DNA from: Acidimicrobiia bacterium
Lineage (GTDB): Bacteria > Actinomycetota > Acidimicrobiia > Spongiisociales > ZC4RG35
Length of the DNA stretch: 64,000 bases
Direction of reading: 5' to 3'
Assembly (NCBI GenBank): GCA_965216495.1
Contig: OZ244163.1
Location: 1,323,361 to 1,387,360, forward strand
Shown here: one piece after another, positions 47,785 to 56,934 of the stretch
Layout of the letters: every line of letters starts with the position of its first letter
How positions within the stretch are numbered: the first letter of the stretch is position 1
Made by a program: the position numbers and the translations under genes
The notes under the pieces: model-generated
Databases searched by the model: none
Told to the model about the DNA's origin: nothing
What the model saw: only the letters and a program-made list of their open reading frames with translations

Positions 47785-49509
47785 ATGCGCTGGTCACAAG
47801 CTTTCATTCCAACTCTGCGGGACGCCCCGGCCGATGCCGAGGCTGTGAGCCATAAGCTCTTGATTCGTGGCGGCTTCATTCGCCAGCTCGCCGCCGGGTC
47901 GTACACCATGCTTCCTCTCGGTCAGAGGGTCAGGCTGAAAGTCTCGGCAATCATCCGGGCTGAGATGGCCGCTATCGGCGCCCAGGAAATGGTGTTGCCA
48001 ACGTTGCATCCGGCTGATGTATGGCAGCGGTCTGGACGCTATGAACAGTGGGCCGAGACTCTTTTCACTCTTGACGACAGGAAAGGTTCAAACCTGGTCC
48101 TTGGGGCGACGGAGGAAGAAATCTTCGCCCTGTTGGCCACGGAACTCCACTCCTATCGCGACCTTCCTCAGATCTGGTATCAGATGCATACGAAGTTCAG
48201 GGATGAAGCCCGACCCAAGTCAGGCCTGCTTCGTGTCCGAGAGTTCACGATGAAGGACTCCTACTCTCTTGACCTGGATCGGTCCGGTCTCGATGAAGGT
48301 TTCGACAAGCATCGGAATGCGTACAAGAAGATCTTTGCTCGCCTCGGTCTGAAGGCTGTTGATGTCGAGGCTTCCTCAGGCGCAATGGGAGGCTCCGAAT
48401 CAGTCGAGTTCGTGCAACGGAGCGACGCTGGCGAGGACTGGATCGTGACCTGTGAGACCTGTGACTACCGGGCGAACCTGGAGAAAGCCACATCATCACT
48501 CTCCGAGATAGCCGACGGCGAGATTTCTGAGTTGGAGCGGTTCCCCACGCCGGGATTGCGCACGATCAAGGCTCTTGCCGAGGCGCACCCCGATATCGCG
48601 ATGCCGGAATGCCAGATCAAGTCGCTTGTCTACTTTGTTGAGGGCGATCCCCTGATTGTCCTGCTTCGGGGTGACCATGATCTACAGGAGCAGAAACTGC
48701 TCGACCTGACAGGCGCACCTGAGGGCGGCGCCCGACCCGCTCAGCCTGCCGAGATCAGGGAACTGCTCGGAGCTGACCCCGGGAGTCTGGGCGCAGTCGG
48801 CGTTGACTCCATAAGGGTGCTGGCTGATGAGGCTCTTCGAGGGCGGACCAACATGACGACTGGGGCCAACGAGGATGATTGGCACTTCAAGGGCGTTGAT
48901 GTCGATCGCGATATCGCCGTATCCCGGTGGGGAGACCTCAGGGCCGTCATGGCAGGGGAGCAGTGTGTGGTCGACGCGGGGTCACTCGAACTCTGGAAAG
49001 GTATTGAGGTAGGACACATCTTCAAACTTGGGACCAAATTCTCCGAGGCGTTTGGTGCCACGGTCCAGGATGAGGGCGGGGAAAGCCATCCCATCGTCAT
49101 GGGCTCATACGGAATTGGTGTTGAGCGCGCGATCGCCGCGATTGTCGAGGCCAATCACGACAGCAAGGGGATTGTGTGGCCTGTTTCGGTGGCCCCTCAC
49201 GAGGTTGTGATAACAGCGATCAGGCCTGATGATGGAGCCACATTGGCCGCTGCGGAGGAGCTGTACGAGGCCTTGTTGTCAGATGGTATCGAGGTGGTCC
49301 TCGACGACCGGGCAGAGCGGCCCGGAGTCAAATTCGCGGATGCTGAGCTAGTCGGATTCCCCTACCGAATCACCGTCGGTCCCAGGGGGGTGGAGGCTGG
49401 GAAAGCCGAGTTGACCGTTCGCGACGGTCTGACGACGACTGAGCAGCCCTTGAGCAGTCTTTCCGAGGTCGTCTCCGGCTTGGTGAAAGCAGGTCGAGCG
49501 ACAGTTTGA
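47785..49509 (+). CDS. proS: proline--tRNA ligase
   Basis: 574 aa; class II aaRS motifs plus the INS editing domain. Confidence 0.95.
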   Translation: MRWSQAFIPTLRDAPADAEAVSHKLLIRGGFIRQLAAGSYTMLPLGQRVRLKVSAIIRAEMAAIGAQEMVLPTLHPADVWQRSGRYEQWAETLFTLDDRKGSNLVLGATEEEIFALLATELHSYRDLPQIWYQMHTKFRDEARPKSGLLRVREFTMKDSYSLDLDRSGLDEGFDKHRNAYKKIFARLGLKAVDVEASSGAMGGSESVEFVQRSDAGEDWIVTCETCDYRANLEKATSSLSEIADGEISELERFPTPGLRTIKALAEAHPDIAMPECQIKSLVYFVEGDPLIVLLRGDHDLQEQKLLDLTGAPEGGARPAQPAEIRELLGADPGSLGAVGVDSIRVLADEALRGRTNMTTGANEDDWHFKGVDVDRDIAVSRWGDLRAVMAGEQCVVDAGSLELWKGIEVGHIFKLGTKFSEAFGATVQDEGGESHPIVMGSYGIGVERAIAAIVEANHDSKGIVWPVSVAPHEVVITAIRPDDGATLAAAEELYEALLSDGIEVVLDDRAERPGVKFADAELVGFPYRITVGPRGVEAGKAELTVRDGLTTTEQPLSSLSEVVSGLVKAGRATV

Positions 49510-49584
49510 ACAAGATTGGGGCTGGTTAGTGATCGGCTCCCGTCTCGTCTTATAATCCCGTCTTTACAACAGGACGCTTTCGAA

Positions 49585-49622
49585 TCAGGTGGGCGCCTCT
49601 GGCACCCACCTGGTTTGTTGTG
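49585..49622 (+). terminator. hairpin + T-rich tract downstream of proS, upstream of rimP (terminator / leader element)
   Basis: caggtgggcgcc-tctg-gcacccacctg followed by gtttgttgtgg; a TATAAT hexamer lies at 49551-49556. Confidence 0.45.
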
Positions 49623-49631
49623 GAGCCACGA

Positions 49632-50108
49632 ATGATGGAAACACTGACAACTGACATTTGGAACACCATTCAGGACTACCTGGGGGCCGAGAAACTCGAG
49701 TTGGACGACCTCGAGATGAACGGCCGCGGGCGCAGTCGCGTGCTTCGCGTTCTCGTGGACGGAGAGTCGGTTGATCTTGACCGGCTGGCCGACTTGTCCC
49801 GCGATCTGTCCCGTCTCCTCGAGGACGAGCCGTCGCTCCAGACGCCTTATCAATTGGAGGTCAGCTCGCCCGGGCTAGAACGAAAACTGCGTCGGCCACA
49901 CCACTACGCCAAGTCGATCGGCAGGGAGATCTCGGTCAAGTACCGCGCCGGAGAGGCAAACCGAAACTTGCGCGGCCATATTGCTGAGGCGAATGAGACC
50001 GGTTTTGTTCTCGACAGCCCGGAAGGTCGCTTGGAAATTGGATTTGAGGACGTCATCACCGCGAAGACGATCTTCCACTGGGAACGTGCTCCCAAACCAG
50101 GTCACTGA
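49632..50108 (+). CDS. rimP: ribosome maturation factor RimP
   Basis: METLTTDIWNTIQDYLG..; conserved position before nusA. Confidence 0.85.
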   Translation: MMETLTTDIWNTIQDYLGAEKLELDDLEMNGRGRSRVLRVLVDGESVDLDRLADLSRDLSRLLEDEPSLQTPYQLEVSSPGLERKLRRPHHYAKSIGREISVKYRAGEANRNLRGHIAEANETGFVLDSPEGRLEIGFEDVITAKTIFHWERAPKPGH

Positions 50109-50117
50109 AGGAGAAAC

Positions 50118-51269
50118 ATGAAGCTCGACACAATGATGGAAGCCATCGAGGTCCTTGCTCGCGAGCGGGATGTCGAGGTCGATGCCATCCTCGACGCGTT
50201 CGCCAACGCCCTTGTGGCTGCGTACAAGCGCAGTCCAGGAGCGGCCGAAGAAGCGCGCGTGACCATCGATCCCGGCTCGGGAGAGGTAGTTGTTTACGCC
50301 CAGGAACTCGATGAGGACGGCAACGTCATCGACGAATGGGAAGACACCCCCGAGGGTGAGGCATTCGGGCGGATTGCGGCACAGTCTTTCAAGCAGGTAA
50401 TGCAGTTCAAGCTGCGTGAGGCCAAGCGCGAGAAGGTCTACGAAATGTACGAGGGCCGCGAAGGCGACCTGGTCACGGGCATCGTGCAGCAGGTCGACTA
50501 CCGGTCAGTGATCCTCGACCTGGGGGACGCGGAGGCCATTCTTCCCGGGAGTGAGCGCATCCCATTTGAGAGGCTCGACCGGGGCAATCGCGTCAAGGCG
50601 CTCATCCTGGAGGTGCGCAACGAGACCAAGGGGGCCCAGATCGTCGTCTCGCGATCTCACCCTGACCTGGTGAGACGACTGTTGGAGTTGGAGGTTCCTG
50701 AGTTGACCGACGGGACCGTCGAGATCGTCAACATTGCACGCGAGCCCGGCCATCGAACCAAGATCGCAGTTATCTCCCATGACCCCAACGTCGACCCGAA
50801 AGGCGCATGCGTCGGAGCGAGAGGTTCTCGAGTGCGGCAGGTGGTCAACGAACTGCGTGGCGAGAAGGTCGACGTCGTTCAGTGGAGGGACGACGCCTCA
50901 CAGTTCATTGCCGAAGCTTTGGGTCCGGCCAAGGTCAAAGAAGTTCACATTGACGAGGAAGAGAAGACCGCAGACGTGGTCGTATCTGAGCATCAGCTGT
51001 CACTGGCCATTGGCAAGGAAGGCCAAAACGCCAGACTGGCCGCGCGTTTGTCGGGGTACAAAGTCGACATCCGATCTGATAACGAAGGCGTAGAGCCTGA
51101 AGAAGCGGGTGCCGAGGCCGTTGAGCAGAGTGCCGACGGCGGAGCCGCTCAGACTTCAAACGACGAGGCACAGGGTGCTGAATCGTCCAGCGACGAGGTG
51201 TCAACGTCGGCTCCCGTTGACGACGAAGACGCTGTTATGCCCACCGATGTAGAAACCGAGAGTGAGTGA
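50118..51269 (+). CDS. nusA: transcription termination/antitermination factor NusA
   Basis: S1 and KH domains, acidic C-terminal tail. Confidence 0.95.
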   Translation: MKLDTMMEAIEVLARERDVEVDAILDAFANALVAAYKRSPGAAEEARVTIDPGSGEVVVYAQELDEDGNVIDEWEDTPEGEAFGRIAAQSFKQVMQFKLREAKREKVYEMYEGREGDLVTGIVQQVDYRSVILDLGDAEAILPGSERIPFERLDRGNRVKALILEVRNETKGAQIVVSRSHPDLVRRLLELEVPELTDGTVEIVNIAREPGHRTKIAVISHDPNVDPKGACVGARGSRVRQVVNELRGEKVDVVQWRDDASQFIAEALGPAKVKEVHIDEEEKTADVVVSEHQLSLAIGKEGQNARLAARLSGYKVDIRSDNEGVEPEEAGAEAVEQSADGGAAQTSNDEAQGAESSSDEVSTSAPVDDEDAVMPTDVETESE

Positions 51270-51276
51270 AGGCTGA

Positions 51277-53352
51277 ATGAGGGTTTATGAGTTGGCCCGT
51301 GAGTTGGGCTTGGAATCGAAGGAGGTCCTGGCCCACGCCGAGGACTTGGGTCTAGAGATCAAGACGGCTTCTTCAGGGATCGACGACGAGTCGGCAGAAC
51401 TGATCAGGCTTGCCGTTGTTGGTGAGCATGCGGAAGGCGCCGATTCTTCGGATAATCACTCAGAAGAAGACGAGTCATCAGAGGTCGAACCGACCCAAGT
51501 TGTTGATGAGGTAGTCGAAGAAGCGCAATTGGAATCAGAAGCGCCGTCTGAGGCTCCCGAAGTCGAAAAGGCCGAGGAGGCATCCGACGAAGATGACATC
51601 GAGTTAGCGACTATCACGGAGGGCGCGTCGGTTGCCGACTTTGCCGAGGCGATTGGTCAGCCCGTGGGCGAGGTAGTCAAAGCCTTGCTAGTCAAGGGGA
51701 TTCCGGCTGGCTCGGGCCATGCCATGCCCTCTGAGCTCATCGACGAGGTTGCCGAAGGATTCGGTTTCATTGTCGAGGTCGAGGCCGCTCAGGCCGCTCC
51801 AGCTGTCGCCGATCAGCCCGAATTCGAGGACGCTGAGTCTGATATGGCTTCCCGACCACCTGTGGTGGCGGTTATGGGTCATGTCGACCACGGCAAGACG
51901 ACACTGCTCGACACAATTCGCCGTGCCAACGTGGTTGACGACGAAGAGGGTGGCATCACACAGCACATCGGTGCATATCAGGTGGAAGTCGGCGGACGCG
52001 AGATCACCTTCATCGACACCCCTGGTCACGAGGCCTTCACGGCCCTTCGCGCCAGAGGCGCCAATATCACCGACATCGTCGTTCTTGTCGTGGCAGCGGA
52101 TGACAGCGTTATGCCGCAAACGATCGAGGCGATCTCCCATGCCCGTGCGGCTGGAGTCAAGATGATCGTGGCGATCAACAAGATGGATCTACCCGGTGCG
52201 GATCCGCTTCGCGTGCGCACGGAGCTCACCAATTACGAAGTGATCACCGAGGAGTTGGGCGGGGACGTGCCATCGGTCGAAGTGTCAGCGGTGAATGGTG
52301 ACGGCGTCGAGGATCTCCTCGAGGTCATAGACCTCATCGCCCAGCTAGAAGATTTTCAGGCAAACCCCAAGCCCAAGGCGTCTGGTGTTGTTGTTGAGGC
52401 GGGGCTGGAGGTAGGCAGAGGTGCGGTTGCCACCGTGATCGTTCAGCGAGGGACGTTGCGTCAGGGAGACGCTTTCGTCGCGGGACCGGTGGCAGGGCGG
52501 GCTCGCGCTTTGATGGATGATCAAGGGGAGAGAATCAAACAAGCGCACCCTTCCGATCCTGTGCAGATCATGGGTTGGGAGGATGTCCCTGCTGCAGGAG
52601 ACTATTTCGAGGTCCAGAAGAACGATCGAGAGGCACGAAAGATCGCCGCAGGTCGCCAGGAAGAGGCACGAGCTGAATCTCATGTTGCACCGTCGGCACG
52701 CGACCGCCTTCAGGGTCTCCTTGACCAACTGAGAAATGAAGACGCCACCCTCAACGTGATCGTCAAGGCTGATGCTCAGGGGTCCTTGGAGGCTCTGCGG
52801 GAGTCCATTGGCAAGATCGAACGTGAGGGAGGACAGATTCAGATCGTTCACACTGCGGTCGGAGGCATCAATGAGAACGATGTCACGCTGGCAGAGGTGA
52901 CTGAGGCGGTCATCGTTGGTTTCAACGTTCGTCCCGAACCAAAGACGAGACGGGCGGCCGAGGAAGCCGGGGTCGAGATTCGCTCCTATGCGATCATCTA
53001 CGAACTCTTGGATGAGCTCGAAGCGATGCTCGTGGGTCAGCTTGCTCCAGATCAGCTCGAGGAAGTTCTCGGAACTGCCGAGGTCAGAGCCACCTTCAAG
53101 GTGCCCCGTGCCGGAACCATTGCCGGTTGTTACGTTGTCGAGGGCACTGTCCAGCGAGGTGCGAAAGCGCGTCTGTTGCGCGATGGTGTTGTGATTCATG
53201 ACGGAGTGATCTCCTCGCTGAAGCGCTTCAAGGACGACGTGCGAGAGGTCCAGCAAGGCTTCGAATGCGGTATGGGGTTCGAGGACTACAACGACATCAA
53301 GGACGGCGACCTGATTGAGGTGTACGTCGTCCGCGAAGTTGCCCGTAGCTGA
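51277..53352 (+). CDS. infB: translation initiation factor IF-2 (short, acidic N-terminus)
   Basis: G-domain [27 protein letters not shown]. Confidence 0.95.
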   Translation: MRVYELARELGLESKEVLAHAEDLGLEIKTASSGIDDESAELIRLAVVGEHAEGADSSDNHSEEDESSEVEPTQVVDEVVEEAQLESEAPSEAPEVEKAEEASDEDDIELATITEGASVADFAEAIGQPVGEVVKALLVKGIPAGSGHAMPSELIDEVAEGFGFIVEVEAAQAAPAVADQPEFEDAESDMASRPPVVAVMGHVDHGKTTLLDTIRRANVVDDEEGGITQHIGAYQVEVGGREITFIDTPGHEAFTALRARGANITDIVVLVVAADDSVMPQTIEAISHARAAGVKMIVAINKMDLPGADPLRVRTELTNYEVITEELGGDVPSVEVSAVNGDGVEDLLEVIDLIAQLEDFQANPKPKASGVVVEAGLEVGRGAVATVIVQRGTLRQGDAFVAGPVAGRARALMDDQGERIKQAHPSDPVQIMGWEDVPAAGDYFEVQKNDREARKIAAGRQEEARAESHVAPSARDRLQGLLDQLRNEDATLNVIVKADAQGSLEALRESIGKIEREGGQIQIVHTAVGGINENDVTLAEVTEAVIVGFNVRPEPKTRRAAEEAGVEIRSYAIIYELLDELEAMLVGQLAPDQLEEVLGTAEVRATFKVPRAGTIAGCYVVEGTVQRGAKARLLRDGVVIHDGVISSLKRFKDDVREVQQGFECGMGFEDYNDIKDGDLIEVYVVREVARS

Positions 53353-53367
53353 CACTCTGGATAAGTC

Positions 53368-53712
53368 ATGAGCGACCGGATGCTCCGGGTCAACTCAATA
53401 CTCAAAGAGGTCATTGCGGCCGAGATCGAGCGTCTGTCTGACGAGCGGCTGGATCTGGTGTCGGTTACCGGTGTCGATACCGCGCCCAATCTGCGCTCGG
53501 CCGTGGTGTACATCGATGCTTTGGGAACGGACCATGACGATGCGTTGGCAGCTCTTTCCCGGGCAGCTAAACGGATCCAGGCCCAGATCGGCGCCGAAGT
53601 GCGTATGAAATACACGCCGACTCTTGAGTTTGCTGTGGACCCCGGCATAGTCGGCGGGGAGCGCATCGACCAACTCCTACGTGAGATCGCAACCGGTCAG
53701 GAAGAAGAATGA
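53368..53712 (+). CDS. rbfA: ribosome-binding factor A
   Basis: 114 aa; ..RVNSILKEVIAAEIERL.. RbfA KH-like fold. Confidence 0.9.
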   Translation: MSDRMLRVNSILKEVIAAEIERLSDERLDLVSVTGVDTAPNLRSAVVYIDALGTDHDDALAALSRAAKRIQAQIGAEVRMKYTPTLEFAVDPGIVGGERIDQLLREIATGQEEE

Positions 53713-54683
53713 CGTCGAAGTCACGGCAGCTGGAGGCGGCGGCAGCCGCCATCGGCGAAGCGAGGAGTATCGGCCTTGCATGTCATCTGGGGCCCGATGG
53801 CGATGCCCTCGGCTCGATGCTAGGTCTCGGCATTGCGGCCGCGAAGGCGGGCAAGAAGGTCGTTGCAAGTTTCGGTGAGCCTTTTTTGATCCCCCCGAGC
53901 CTTCGCTTCTTGCCTCGGGGACTTTTGGTGCGACCGGCTGAATTTCCAGAAGAACCTGAGGTGATGGTCGTGTTGGACGCAGGTTCACCGGACCGGATAG
54001 GTGAGCTGGCCGCCAATGCAAACAAGGCTCAAACGGTTGTGGTACTGGACCATCATGTGACCAACGGTGGCTTCGGAAGCGTCGCTGTAGTCGACCCAAC
54101 TGCCGCGGCTACTGGCGAGTTGGTGTTTGACCTTCTCGAACTTCTCGGTTGGCCACTCGACCAGGAGATAGCGCAGTGTTTGCTTACGGCTCTGATCACC
54201 GACACCGGTCGATTCCAGTACAGCAACACCACGACGAGAACTCTCGAGATTGCTGCTCGGTTGGTTGCGGCCGGCGGCCGCACTGAAATCGTTGGTCGTC
54301 ACGTATACGAGGAAGTCAAGTTCGGCTATCTGAAAGTGGCCGCCGACGCATTGGCTCGTGCGGAGTTGGACGCAGAGCTGAGTTTGGTATGGACGACACT
54401 TCTCGACGAGGACGTCGAATCCCATGGAGTTGAGTGGGCAGATACCGAGAACTTCATTGATTTGTTGCGCACTGCCGTGGAGGCTGACACCGCGGTGTTG
54501 ATGAAGCGGATGGATGATGATCGGCTGAAGCTGAGTCTCCGCTCCCGAGGAGGCACCGATGTTGGGAGCCTGGCTGGCGACCTCGGTGGAGGTGGACACC
54601 GGCTGGCCGCTGGAGCCACCGTTGAGATGGCACCTCAGGATGTCATCGCCCGAATCAAGAGCGTGATCGGCAACTACCGATGA
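53709..54683 (+). CDS. nrnA: DHH-family phosphoesterase (NrnA-like oligoribonuclease/pAp phosphatase)
   Basis: DHH motifs (..CHLGPDGDALGS.., DHH) and DHHA1 GGGH. Confidence 0.8.
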   Translation: MTSKSRQLEAAAAAIGEARSIGLACHLGPDGDALGSMLGLGIAAAKAGKKVVASFGEPFLIPPSLRFLPRGLLVRPAEFPEEPEVMVVLDAGSPDRIGELAANANKAQTVVVLDHHVTNGGFGSVAVVDPTAAATGELVFDLLELLGWPLDQEIAQCLLTALITDTGRFQYSNTTTRTLEIAARLVAAGGRTEIVGRHVYEEVKFGYLKVAADALARAELDAELSLVWTTLLDEDVESHGVEWADTENFIDLLRTAVEADTAVLMKRMDDDRLKLSLRSRGGTDVGSLAGDLGGGGHRLAAGATVEMAPQDVIARIKSVIGNYR

Positions 54684-55552
54684 ACAGCGGATTCCTGATC
54701 GTTGACAAACCTTCTGGTACCACCTCCAACCAGGTCGTCGGTCAGGTGAGAAAGATGATCGGCGTCCGTAAGTGTGGTCACGCTGGCACGCTCGACCCGA
54801 TGGCCACGGGAGCTCTCGTACTCGCATTTGGGTCTTTGACGCGGCTGATTCGATATATCCAGGACAAGCCCAAGGAGTATGTGGCAACTGCACAGTTCGG
54901 TGTCGCAACGGACACTTTGGATGCTGACGGCTCAGTCCTATCTCGTGAGCCGATGGACTTTGCTCCCGAGGATCTCCAAGCACTGGTTCCGAGGTTCACC
55001 GGGTCGATCATGCAAGTGCCTCCCATGGTGTCTGCCCTGAAGAAGGACGGGCGTCGACTCTACGAAATGGCTCGTGAAGGCGAGGTTATCGAACGGGAAG
55101 CTCGTCCGGTAGAGGTTCATGAACTGGAGGCTCTGAGCGTTGGTGCCCCGCCGTATCCGGAAGTGGAGTTCCGGGTCGTTTGTGGCAAGGGGACCTACGT
55201 CAGGTCGCTTGCCGACGATATGGCGCGCGCCCTGGGAGGAGAGGCTCATCTCACGTCGCTACGCAGAACCCGAATCGGACATTTGAAGGCCGGCCACGGG
55301 CTCACCGTCGACGATCTTACGAATTGGCGCGACTATGTGCTCGACCCCGCTGAGGCCTTGGGATTGCCGATCGTCGAGGTCGACGCCGCTGATGTGAGCG
55401 GTGTTGCTAACGGTGTTCGCTTTGTTGGCGGGGCCTTGGTCGACAAGGGCCACGAAGAGCCCTATCTGGTTGTCTCTCCCCATGGCGAATCCCTGGCGGT
55501 GTACAGCAACGTGGATGGCCAGGCTCGGCCCGAAGTGGTTCTCCCAAAATGA
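54680..55552 (+). CDS. truB: tRNA pseudouridine(55) synthase
   Basis: ..GHAGTLDPMATG.. catalytic Asp motif. Confidence 0.9.
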   Translation: MNSGFLIVDKPSGTTSNQVVGQVRKMIGVRKCGHAGTLDPMATGALVLAFGSLTRLIRYIQDKPKEYVATAQFGVATDTLDADGSVLSREPMDFAPEDLQALVPRFTGSIMQVPPMVSALKKDGRRLYEMAREGEVIEREARPVEVHELEALSVGAPPYPEVEFRVVCGKGTYVRSLADDMARALGGEAHLTSLRRTRIGHLKAGHGLTVDDLTNWRDYVLDPAEALGLPIVEVDAADVSGVANGVRFVGGALVDKGHEEPYLVVSPHGESLAVYSNVDGQARPEVVLPK

Positions 55553-56466
55553 GAGTTCTCGACGGATCGTGGAGCGGCTGGGAAACCAGCGGCGGGGGTG
55601 ACGTCATTCTTGGGGTGTTTGATGGCGTGCATCTCGGCCATCGAGCCCTTCTGGCGCTTGCTGATCCCAACACTTCGAACACCGTCATCACCTTTGACCC
55701 GCATCCGATCGAGGTGTTGCGACCCGGAGCACATCCCCGGCTACTCACGACTTTGGAGGAGAGGGTTCCCCTTCTTGGTGAGGCCGGTGCAGACCAGGTG
55801 GCGGTTCTAGACCTGTCCGAGATAAGGCACATGAGTCCTTCTGAGTTCGTGGGGAGCGTGATCGTTGAGAAGTTGAAAGCAGAGCGAGTCATTGTTGGTG
55901 CAGACTTCAAGTTCGGTAATGATCGCGCCGGCGATGTCGAGATGTTGAGTCAGCTAGGTGTGTCCGGGGACTTCAGCGTGAGCGCTGTCGACTTGGTTCC
56001 TGACGAGCATGGCCCGATTTCTTCGTCACGTATTCGGCGCATGGTTGAGGCCTGCGACGTCGGCGCGGCCAACTCCTTGCTCGGAAGCCGTTTTCAGCTG
56101 ACGAACGAAGTGGTTCACGGCGACAAGAGAGGGCGCACAATTGGATTTCCCACTGCCAATCTGCGGCCCCCATCTCGCAAGGTTCTCCCGGGTGCCGGTG
56201 TGTATGCCGGAACCGCAGCCTTTGGCGGGGAGAAACACATGGCTGCTGTAAATGTCGGCACGCGTCCGACCTTCGACGGGTCCGAGTTGGTTGTGGAGGC
56301 GTTCTTGCTCGATTACGACGGCGACTTGTATGGCCGGATGCTGACGATCGAGTTTGTGGAACATCTGAGACCCGAGTTGAGATTCTCTGGTGTGGACGAC
56401 CTTGTCGCTCAGATGAACGACGACGTCGCCGCCAGTCGAGAGATCCTGGGTGAGGTAGGAATATGA
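55549..56466 (+). CDS. ribF: bifunctional riboflavin kinase / FMN adenylyltransferase
   Basis: N-terminal FAD synthetase (GVFDGVHLGH) and C-terminal riboflavin kinase (..GFPTANL..). Confidence 0.9.
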   Translation: MRVLDGSWSGWETSGGGDVILGVFDGVHLGHRALLALADPNTSNTVITFDPHPIEVLRPGAHPRLLTTLEERVPLLGEAGADQVAVLDLSEIRHMSPSEFVGSVIVEKLKAERVIVGADFKFGNDRAGDVEMLSQLGVSGDFSVSAVDLVPDEHGPISSSRIRRMVEACDVGAANSLLGSRFQLTNEVVHGDKRGRTIGFPTANLRPPSRKVLPGAGVYAGTAAFGGEKHMAAVNVGTRPTFDGSELVVEAFLLDYDGDLYGRMLTIEFVEHLRPELRFSGVDDLVAQMNDDVAASREILGEVGI

Positions 56467-56530
56467 GTTGGCTACAGCGGGGTGTTACAGTGACACCGTT
56501 CCCTTCATTGAATTTCAGGTTTAACGCGCA

Positions 56531-56788
56531 ATGAAAACAACAACAGAAATCGTTGAAGAGTTCGGCACTCACGGAAGTGACACCGGTTCTCCGGAGGTGC
56601 AAGTTGCCCTGCTAACGCAGCGGATCAACCACCTGACCGAGCATCTTCGTGACCACAAGCATGACCACCACAGCCGTCGTGGTCTGTTGCTGATGGTCGG
56701 TAAGCGTCGTCGTCTGCTCGACTACCTGCGTAGGCAGGACGTCGAGCGTTACCGAAGCTTGATCGCCAAGCTCGGTCTGCGTCGCTGA
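56531..56788 (+). CDS. rpsO: 30S ribosomal protein S15
   Basis: 85 aa; ..[26 protein letters not shown].. canonical S15. Confidence 0.95.
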   Translation: MKTTTEIVEEFGTHGSDTGSPEVQVALLTQRINHLTEHLRDHKHDHHSRRGLLLMVGKRRRLLDYLRRQDVERYRSLIAKLGLRR

Positions 56789-56807
56789 GGAGCGGTATCC
56801 CCGCTCC
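56789..56807 (+). terminator. rpsO 3' hairpin ggagcgg-tatcc-ccgctcc (terminator / pnp-leader processing site)
   Basis: 7-bp perfect stem immediately after the rpsO TGA. Confidence 0.5.
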
Positions 56808-56934
56808 TCGTTCATAAGGGGCCGACTCAGGTCCGCAAGAAAGAGTCTGCCGGTTGTCAGTGGCCATGCCTTCAACAAGTTCGGAGGCTTGACCACTGCC
56901 AACGGGCCGGGCTCCACAACTGATAGGAGGCCGT

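Noticed and set aside
52345-53355. 336-aa minus-strand ORF
   Set aside because: Antisense to infB; there are similar shadow ORFs opposite ppc, trmD, nrnA, pnp and cdsA. None shows domain signatures.
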